DNA of 64,000 nt from Mesorhizobium sp. (GTDB lineage Bacteria; Pseudomonadota; Alphaproteobacteria; Rhizobiales; Rhizobiaceae): contig JBARXU010000013.1 in NCBI GenBank assembly GCA_049647505.1, positions 92,091 through 156,090 on the forward strand, given 5' to 3'. A program made the position numbers and the translations under genes. Below, one piece after another: positions 19,175 to 25,871 of the stretch. The number at the start of each line of letters is the position of its first letter. Within the stretch, counting starts at the first letter, position 1. Under the pieces are notes generated by a model. That model was not told where the DNA came from, did not search any database, and saw only the letters and a program-made list of their open reading frames with translations.

Positions 19175-20412
19175 CAGATCTTCTCCTGCGTATGCTTGCG
19201 CAGTTCGGCGCGCGCGATCTGGCGGCGATGAACGGCGTCAGGCCCGTCCGCCAGCCGCAGTGTGCGCACATGGGTCCACGACTTGGACAGGGGCGTATCC
19301 TGGCTGACGCCGGCTGCCCCGTGCATCTGCACGGCCTCGTCGATGACCTTCAGCGCCATGCGCGGCGCGATCACCTTGATCTGGCTGATCCACGGAGCGG
19401 CGGCGACAGGGTCACCCTGATCCATCATCCACGCGGCCTTGAGGCAGAGCAGCCGCGCCATCTCGATCTCCATGCGCGCTTCGGCGATGATATCGAAATT
19501 GGCACCCAGCTTGGCCAGCGGCTCTCCGAACGCCTCGCGCCGCATTGCCCGCTTGCACATGAGTTCGAGCGCAGCCTCGGCATGGCCGATCGCACGCATG
19601 CAGTGATGGATGCGGCCCGGCCCAAGGCGTCCCTGCGCGATCTCGAAACCGCGGCCCTCGCCCAAGAGCATGTTGGACGCAGGCACGCGAACATCAGTGA
19701 AGCGTAAATGCAGATGGCCGTGCGGCGCATCGTCATGGCCGTAGATTTCCATGGCGCGCAGCTTCTCGATGCCAGGCGTGCCGGGCGGCACGAGGATCAT
19801 CGAATGCTGCTTGTGCTTCGGTCCCTCCCGCGAGGTGCGAACCATGACGATGTAGATGCCGCAGCGCGGATCGCCCGCACCCGACGACCACCACTTCTCG
19901 CCGTTCAGCACATAGTCGTCGCCGTCGCGCACGCAGCTCATCGAGATGTTGGTCGCGTCCGACGAGGCGACATCGGGCTCCGTCATCAGGAAGGCCGAGC
20001 GCATCCTGCCTTCGAGAAGCGGCTTCAGCCAGCGTTCCTTGTGCGCCTCGGTGCCGTAGCGTTCGAACACTTCCATGTTGCCGGTGTCGGGCGCGGAGCA
20101 GTTGAACACTTCCGCACCCAGATGCGCCTTGCCCATTTCCTGCGCCAGATAGGCATATTCGACCGTGGTGAGGCCGTAGCCTCGCTTGGAATCCGTCAGC
20201 CAGAAGTTCCACAGGCCGCGCTCGCGCGCCTTTGCCTTCAGCCCCTCCAGTATCTCGGTCTGCCTCGGAGTGAAGGCCCAGCGGTCGCCCGCCTTGCCGA
20301 CTTCGGACAGAAATTCCTCGTCCAGGGGGATGATTTCCTCCTGCACCATCTGCGCAACCTTGGCGTGGATCGGCTTGACCCGCTCCGACATTCCGAGATT
20401 CATGTCAGTCAT
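19174..20412 (-). CDS. acyl-CoA dehydrogenase family protein (FadE2/ACAD10-11-like N-terminus)
   Basis: 412 aa. [27 protein letters not shown]..., then [16 protein letters not shown] and [13 protein letters not shown], typical of ACAD folds. It overlaps the tetR stop by 8 nt and the downstream gene by 1 nt. Confidence 0.85.
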   Translation of the reverse strand: MTDMNLGMSERVKPIHAKVAQMVQEEIIPLDEEFLSEVGKAGDRWAFTPRQTEILEGLKAKARERGLWNFWLTDSKRGYGLTTVEYAYLAQEMGKAHLGAEVFNCSAPDTGNMEVFERYGTEAHKERWLKPLLEGRMRSAFLMTEPDVASSDATNISMSCVRDGDDYVLNGEKWWSSGAGDPRCGIYIVMVRTSREGPKHKQHSMILVPPGTPGIEKLRAMEIYGHDDAPHGHLHLRFTDVRVPASNMLLGEGRGFEIAQGRLGPGRIHHCMRAIGHAEAALELMCKRAMRREAFGEPLAKLGANFDIIAEARMEIEMARLLCLKAAWMMDQGDPVAAAPWISQIKVIAPRMALKVIDEAVQMHGAAGVSQDTPLSKSWTHVRTLRLADGPDAVHRRQIARAELRKHTQEKI

Positions 20413-21121
20413 CTACACGTTCCACCTTTCCACCCAGGCCGCCCTGAACAAAGTCCACGACCTGCTTCACAATTTGTCCGATGTCGTCGCCACTCTGGTC
20501 CGACCTCGGCGAATACCAGAAGATCGGAGAATTCATCGACGTGAACATGATCTGCGCGGCGATGCTCGCATTGTCGAATTTCATGTCGCCGTCGTCGCGC
20601 GCCCGCACGATAAGCGACCGGAATATCCTGTCGTATCGCGCCCGATATTCGATCAGTTCGTTATATTTGCTGCGCTCCTCGGGCGTGGTCGAGCCGCGCA
20701 TGTGAAGCTCCACACCCTCCCAGACAACCCGCTGGAAGGCCTGCGTAACGATCATGGAGCGCACATGCGCACAGGCCGCCGCCCGCCACACGTCGATCGC
20801 GCGGCCTCCCATGTTCTCGAACGGCGCGATGGCCTCGAAATTCATGTCCATTCCAGCGCGGAACACCTGCGCGAACAGATCGCCCTTGGACGAGAAATGA
20901 TGGTAGATTCGGCCCTTTGTCGCGCCGAGCCTGCGCGCCACGTCGTCGATGGACGTCGCGGCATAACCGCGCTCGCGGAAGCATTGAGCAGCAACTGCGA
21001 GGATATGGGCGCGCGACCCATCCTGTGCCTGTTCGCCGATCGTCGCTTCGCTGAGTATGGCGTCCTCCCTGGCTGCCGACAATGTCGGAAAGGCCTTTAC
21101 GGATGCGCAAATGATGAACAT
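20405..21121 (-). CDS. TetR/AcrR family transcriptional regulator
   Basis: The [47 protein letters not shown] is the TetR_N signature. The exact start is uncertain, because the ATG at 21121 lies inside the candidate operator. An internal TTG (LSAARED...) is an alternative. Confidence 0.8.
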   Translation of the reverse strand: MFIICASVKAFPTLSAAREDAILSEATIGEQAQDGSRAHILAVAAQCFRERGYAATSIDDVARRLGATKGRIYHHFSSKGDLFAQVFRAGMDMNFEAIAPFENMGGRAIDVWRAAACAHVRSMIVTQAFQRVVWEGVELHMRGSTTPEERSKYNELIEYRARYDRIFRSLIVRARDDGDMKFDNASIAAQIMFTSMNSPIFWYSPRSDQSGDDIGQIVKQVVDFVQGGLGGKVERVDD

Positions 21122-21136
21122 ACTACTCGGTATGTT
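21117..21136. promoter_or_regulatory. inverted repeat AACATAC-N6-GTATGTT; candidate TetR operator in the divergent promoter region
   Basis: Read directly from the sequence. It lies between or overlapping the tetR start and 48 nt upstream of the SDR gene start (21184). Confidence 0.35.
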
Positions 21137-21183
21137 GTCAATGCGGCACGGTGTGAAACCGCAAGCCGCCAGTGGAGGACCGA

Positions 21184-21999
21184 ATGTCGTTTTATGAAGA
21201 CCTGTTTGGCGTGTCCGGCAAGGTTGCCCTTGTCACGGGTGCGGCGACCGGCATCGGGCGCATGGCGGCAACGGCATTGGTCATGGCCGGCGCGCGTGTC
21301 TTTATCGCATCGCGCAAGGGTGCCGATTGCGAGCGCGTCGCAGCCGAAATCAACCAATTGGGCGGATCGGGCAGCGCCGAAGGCTTTGCCGGAGACGTGT
21401 CGACCGAGGAAGGCATTGCCGCGCTCGTCGCAGAGGTCAGGTCTCGCACCGGCAAGCTCGACATTCTCATCAACAATGCTGGCGTGACCTGGGGCGAACC
21501 TCTCGAAACCTTCCCCTACAAGGCGTGGGCCAAGGTGCTCAACGTCAACGTCACCGGCCTGTTTCACTTGACGCGCGAGCTTCTGCCGCTGCTCGACGCC
21601 GCCGCGTCTGACGCTGACCCGGCCCGCGTCATCAATCTGGGCTCGGTCATGGGCACACAGCCACTCGCAGACGACGCCTATTCCTACACGGCCTCGAAGG
21701 CCGCGGTTCACCACCTGACGAGAACGCTGGCCGGCGAGTTCTCGGGCCGCCGCATCACTGTCAATGCATTTGCGCCCGGCCCCTTCCAGAGCCGCATGAC
21801 CGCCTTTGCCACGGCGAGCGATGAAGGGGCGGACAAGGTCGGCCAGCGGGTGCCTTTGGGCCGCATCGGCGCGCCTTCCGATATTGCCGCCGCAACGCTC
21901 TTTCTGTGCGGAAAAGGCGGCAGCTATGTCACCGGCGCGATCCTGCCTCTTGACGGCGGCCAGTCGGTCCAGCACGGCATGACCCTCTTCAAGGAATAG
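21184..21999 (+). CDS. SDR family oxidoreductase (3-oxoacyl reductase-like)
   Basis: MSFYEDLFGVSGKVALVTGAATGIGR (TGxxxGIG cofactor motif), NNAG and Y-x3-K (YTASKAAVHHL). ATG at 21184 is preceded by GGAGGA. Confidence 0.85.
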   Translation: MSFYEDLFGVSGKVALVTGAATGIGRMAATALVMAGARVFIASRKGADCERVAAEINQLGGSGSAEGFAGDVSTEEGIAALVAEVRSRTGKLDILINNAGVTWGEPLETFPYKAWAKVLNVNVTGLFHLTRELLPLLDAAASDADPARVINLGSVMGTQPLADDAYSYTASKAAVHHLTRTLAGEFSGRRITVNAFAPGPFQSRMTAFATASDEGADKVGQRVPLGRIGAPSDIAAATLFLCGKGGSYVTGAILPLDGGQSVQHGMTLFKE

Positions 22000-22012
22000 C
22001 GGTCACACACCC

Positions 22013-22492
22013 ATGCAGAACCTGGAACCGGTCTCGATCGACGATGTTGTTGCCTCCGTGGGGCAGGAAATCGGCACCTCGCCCTGGCGCGTGGTGACAC
22101 AGGAGATCATCGACCGGTTCGCCGACGCGACCGATGACCACCAGTTCATCCATGTCGACCCGGTCCGCGCGGCCGCCGAAACGCCCTATGGCGGAACTAT
22201 CGCCCACGGGTTCCTGCTTGTCTCGCTCCTGTCTGCGATGACCTATGAGACGCTGCCGCCGCTGAAGGGCGCCAGCCGGGCGATCAATCAGGGGTTCGAG
22301 AAGCTGCGTTTCGTCGCCCCCGTCAAGGCGGGCGCGCGGATCAGGACACGCTTCGTCCTTGGACATGTCCGTGTGCGCCCTTCCGGCTTCATCGAGCTTG
22401 AATATGACGTGACGATCGAGCTCGAAAATTCGCCCAAGCCCGCGCTCACCGCGCGCTGGCTGACAATCGCGGTTCAGGACAACAGGGAATAG
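22013..22492 (+). CDS. MaoC-like (R)-specific enoyl-CoA hydratase / hotdog-fold dehydratase
   Basis: 159 aa. FADATDDHQFIHVDPVRAAAETPYGGTIAHGFL is the MaoC dehydratase signature. Confidence 0.85.
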   Translation: MQNLEPVSIDDVVASVGQEIGTSPWRVVTQEIIDRFADATDDHQFIHVDPVRAAAETPYGGTIAHGFLLVSLLSAMTYETLPPLKGASRAINQGFEKLRFVAPVKAGARIRTRFVLGHVRVRPSGFIELEYDVTIELENSPKPALTARWLTIAVQDNRE

Positions 22493-22497
22493 CGACA

Positions 22498-23535
22498 ATG
22501 GTCAGTGACGCCAATGCGCTCGACGCGGATGCTCTCGACCCCTATCTCGCCGAGAATATCGCCGGCTTTGGCAAACTGACCGAAATCACCAAGTTCAACG
22601 CCGGCCAGTCCAACCCGACCTATCTCATCGCCTCGACCGGCGGCAAATATGTGCTGCGCGCAAAGCCGCCCGGAGAACTCCTGAAATCGGCTCATCAGGT
22701 CGACCGCGAATACCGCGTGATGAAGGCGCTTGCCTCGACCCCCGTTCCGGTGCCGAAAATGCTGCATCTGGCAGGCGACGACAGCCCCATCGGCCGGCAG
22801 TTCTTCGTCATGGAATATCTCGACGGACGCATCTTCTGGGATCCGGCCCTTGAGGAACTGGCATCGAACGACATGCGCGCGAAGGTCTTCGACGAGATGA
22901 ATCGCGTGCTCGCCGCTCTCCACGACGTCGATGTCAACGCTGCCGATCTTGGCGACTATGGCAAACCCGGCAATTATTTCGAGCGCCAGCTTGGCCGCTG
23001 GACGAGCCAGTATCGCGCGTCCGAAACCGAAAAGATCGACGCGATGGACCGGCTGATCGAATGGCTGGAACAAAATGTTCCTGCCGACGATGGCGTCGTT
23101 TCGCTCGTCCATGGTGACTATCGGCTGGACAACATGATGTTTGCCCGCGACAGCGAGACGGTCATCGCCCTGCTTGACTGGGAGCTTTCGACACTCGGCC
23201 ATCCGTTTGCCGATCTCGCCTACCAGTGCATGCAGTGGCGTCTACCCTATGTTTCGGGCTTCCGCGGGCTTGGCGGCATCGACCGCAAGGCGCTCGGCAT
23301 TCCGACCGAAGAGGAATATGTCGCGCGCTATTGCGAGCGTCGAAACCTTCCACGCATCGACGGCTGGACTTTCTATCTGGCCTTTTCCTTCTTCCGGCTC
23401 GCGGCCATCCTGCAAGGCGTCTACAAGCGCGCGCTCGACGGCAATGCGTCAAATCCGGAAAAAGCCCGCACATATGGCAAAGCGGTCGCACAGATCGCCC
23501 GGGCCGCCGTAGACACGATCGACGCCGCGGCCTGA
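22498..23535 (+). CDS. phosphotransferase family protein (APH/ChoK-like kinase fold; ACAD10/11 kinase-domain-like, LvaA-like)
   Basis: 345 aa. NAGQSNPTYLI, VLRAKPPG and the catalytic loop LVHGDYRLDNMMF followed by LDWELSTLGHP. It sits 5 nt after the MaoC gene and 5 nt before the next SDR. Confidence 0.8.
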   Translation: MVSDANALDADALDPYLAENIAGFGKLTEITKFNAGQSNPTYLIASTGGKYVLRAKPPGELLKSAHQVDREYRVMKALASTPVPVPKMLHLAGDDSPIGRQFFVMEYLDGRIFWDPALEELASNDMRAKVFDEMNRVLAALHDVDVNAADLGDYGKPGNYFERQLGRWTSQYRASETEKIDAMDRLIEWLEQNVPADDGVVSLVHGDYRLDNMMFARDSETVIALLDWELSTLGHPFADLAYQCMQWRLPYVSGFRGLGGIDRKALGIPTEEEYVARYCERRNLPRIDGWTFYLAFSFFRLAAILQGVYKRALDGNASNPEKARTYGKAVAQIARAAVDTIDAAA

Positions 23536-23540
23536 CCGAC

Positions 23541-24329
23541 ATGGAGAGAGAGTTGAAACGTTTTGACGGACTGACCGCCATCATCACCGGCGCAACGGGC
23601 GGGTTTGGCCGCCGCACGGCCGAGCGCATGGCGCAGGCAGGTGCCCGCCTCGTCCTGTCGGACGTGCGCGAGGAGCCGCTGGCGGAGTTTGCCAAGACCC
23701 TCGACACGGACACCGCCATTCTAGCCGGCGACATCTCCGATGAGGGCCTGTCCGAGGGGCTGGTCAAGCTCGCAGCAGATCGGTTCGGCGGTCTCGACAT
23801 CGCCATCAACAATGCCGGCATCGCCCAGAGTTTCGTCAAGCTGGCGCAAGTCCCGTCCGACGAGGCACGCCGCATCATCGAGGTCGATCTTCTGGGAATG
23901 TTCTTTGCGCTCAAGCACCAGATCCCACTGATGGAGAAGCAGTTTCGCGCCAGCGGGCGCAAGGCCGCCATCGTCAACATCGCTTCGGTTGCAGGCCGCG
24001 CCGGCGCGCCGCGCCTGTCGGTCTATTCGGCCGCCAAGCACGGCGTCATCGGCCTCACTTTGTCGGCGGCCGCCGAATATGCGACGCGCGGCATCCGCGT
24101 GAATGCGGTCTGCCCCTCCTTTGCCCGCACCGCCATGGCGCTCGATTTCCTGAAGATGTCGCCGCTCGGCATCGACAAGGCAGCCGAAGACTTGACGCGC
24201 GGCGTACCGATGAAGCGGCTGGCCGAAGTGGACGAAGTCGTCGAGGTGGTGCTGTTCGCCGCCGACCCTGCAAACAGTTTCATGACGGGCCAGACGCTCG
24301 GCGTAGACGGCGGCATAACGGCCATCTGA
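23541..24329 (+). CDS. SDR family oxidoreductase
   Basis: MERELKRFDGLTAIITGATGGFGR, NNAG and YSAAKHGVIGL. The start is trimmed to ATG at 23541; the track ORF start at 23226 overlaps the kinase gene. Confidence 0.85.
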   Translation: MERELKRFDGLTAIITGATGGFGRRTAERMAQAGARLVLSDVREEPLAEFAKTLDTDTAILAGDISDEGLSEGLVKLAADRFGGLDIAINNAGIAQSFVKLAQVPSDEARRIIEVDLLGMFFALKHQIPLMEKQFRASGRKAAIVNIASVAGRAGAPRLSVYSAAKHGVIGLTLSAAAEYATRGIRVNAVCPSFARTAMALDFLKMSPLGIDKAAEDLTRGVPMKRLAEVDEVVEVVLFAADPANSFMTGQTLGVDGGITAI

Positions 24330-24414
24330 CCGGTCCGAAAATTCCGAACATCTTTCAGAAAATTCGGTTCCAATTCTGAACGGCTCTTCAACTTGGGCGT
24401 GTCAGTCTGCCCCG

Positions 24415-25194
24415 ATGATCAAAAAACTCATCGAGAAACTGTCGAGCCGCGCCAAGGCAGGCACCAGCCACGACATTGCGCGTCGTGCCATGCTGGGAAC
24501 GGCCGCCGGCGTCATCCTCGTTGGTGCCTACGCCTGGCTCGTCGCCCCGGCATCGGCCGTTCATGTGCTGGTCGCCGCAGCGATCGGCGCGGCCTGCGCC
24601 GCCATCCCGCTGGCAGGCGCGGTCAAGGCAATGCGCCAGAATTCACGCGAACGTATCGGCAGACTAACCTCTGTCGACCCGCTGACAAATTGCATGAATC
24701 GGGGTGCCTTCATGCGTCGGTTCGACGACCTGATGCTGGCGCCGCAGTCTGCCAAGCGACCGGCGGGCGCACTTCTGCTGATCAATGCCGACAATGTACG
24801 CTCGATCAATGACCGCCTCGGCGTCGATACCGGCGACGAGGTTCTCTCGATCCTCGCCTCGACCATTCGCGCATCGGTGAGAGCGACCGATTTCGTCGGC
24901 CGCCTCAATGGCTGCCAGTTCGGCGTTTTCCTCTATGGCGCATCGACCAAGGACGCCATTACCGTCGCCGGGCGCATTCGCCGCAATGTCAGCCAGCTCA
25001 GCCTCAGCGACCAGATGGACCTGTCGATCAGCGTCGGCGGCGCGGTCTTCGACGATGACGTCGACACCGACGACGTCATCAAGATCGCAGCTGAAAGCCT
25101 CGATTTCGCCCGCCATGGCAGCGGCAACCGCATCGAGATGGTCTACCTGCCCAAGGGCGGTTATCCGGTGCTCGTTACCGGCTCGGTCCACTAG
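24415..25194 (+). CDS. membrane-anchored degenerate GGDEF-domain protein (A-site NGCQF, RxxD I-site retained)
   Basis: 259 aa with two N-terminal hydrophobic helices. GGDEF-fold landmarks DPLTNCMNRGAF, INADNVRSINDRLGVDTGDEVL and RATDFVGRLNGCQFGVFL. NGCQF occupies the GG(D/E)EF position, and RATD sits 5 residues upstream. Confidence 0.7.
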   Translation: MIKKLIEKLSSRAKAGTSHDIARRAMLGTAAGVILVGAYAWLVAPASAVHVLVAAAIGAACAAIPLAGAVKAMRQNSRERIGRLTSVDPLTNCMNRGAFMRRFDDLMLAPQSAKRPAGALLLINADNVRSINDRLGVDTGDEVLSILASTIRASVRATDFVGRLNGCQFGVFLYGASTKDAITVAGRIRRNVSQLSLSDQMDLSISVGGAVFDDDVDTDDVIKIAAESLDFARHGSGNRIEMVYLPKGGYPVLVTGSVH

Positions 25195-25296
25195 CGGTTC
25201 TGGTTTTCACGGAATCGACAGAACCGCTCTATCTCTTTGTTTTGGCCGCATTTCCTGACGCAAAACCGCTTCACACTTTTGCTGGAAATGCTCTAG
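25191..25296. repeat. RIME-like intergenic repeat, copy 2 (inverted relative to copy 1)
   Basis: Reverse complement of 10153-10260 with 3 substitutions. It exactly spans the gap between the TAG stop of the GGDEF-like gene (25192-25194) and the soxG stop (25299-25301). Confidence 0.75.
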
Positions 25297-25298
25297 CC

Positions 25299-25871
25299 CT
25301 ACTGGACGAGCGCCGCGTCAGGCGCGGCCTCCTCCAGAAAATCGAACGCATAGGTCGAGAACGACCGCCAGCATTCGACGCGGAACGCCTGCGCCCCCGT
25401 GCGCCAGATCACGACCTCGATCTTGCCGAGCACCGTACGCGAGCATGCGCCGACCGGAAACGCCGCCAGCGACAGGTTCTGCGGGCAACCGGCAGCCAAT
25501 GTCGCCTCAGCGCCCGCCCCTTCGACCAGTATGGCCGTGTTGCGGTGGGACACATCGACCACAGAATGAAGCGGCTTGACGCCGTTGCAGGCCGCGACAA
25601 GGTCGCCACCTTCGAGATCGATCACCAGCCATTCATCCGGCCCGAGCCACAAAGCGGCGCGCGTCCCGGCCCTGTTCTGCGCAGACGTTTTCGGCGCCTC
25701 CGGCAGCTTCACGCCCAAAGCCCGCGACAGCGCCGGCAAGGCATCCTCTCCTGCCCGCAGCGATATGCGGAATGCCGGGTTTGCCGGCGTCAGCGTAACC
25801 GCCGGGTTGGCAACCGCACGACCTGCGAGGGCAAAGGACCGGATCGGCGTCTTCATCGCAACCTTAGCCAT
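25299..25871 (-). CDS. soxG: sarcosine oxidase subunit gamma
   Basis: About 190 aa, immediately downstream of soxA and overlapping it by 8 nt, in the canonical soxBDAG order. Start chosen at MAKVAMKTPIRSF; the track start at 26015 runs into soxA. Confidence 0.75.
   Translation of the reverse strand: MAKVAMKTPIRSFALAGRAVANPAVTLTPANPAFRISLRAGEDALPALSRALGVKLPEAPKTSAQNRAGTRAALWLGPDEWLVIDLEGGDLVAACNGVKPLHSVVDVSHRNTAILVEGAGAEATLAAGCPQNLSLAAFPVGACSRTVLGKIEVVIWRTGAQAFRVECWRSFSTYAFDFLEEAAPDAALVQ

Noticed and set aside
10153-25296. The inverted RIME-like pair might define a composite transposon or genomic island carrying the catabolic block.
   Set aside because: There is no transposase, integrase, tRNA attachment site or direct target duplication, and no visible compositional break. 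The elements are only ~106 bp and sit precisely between convergent stop codons, as REP/RIME-type elements do. I kept only the weaker inversion and terminator hypothesis as a finding.
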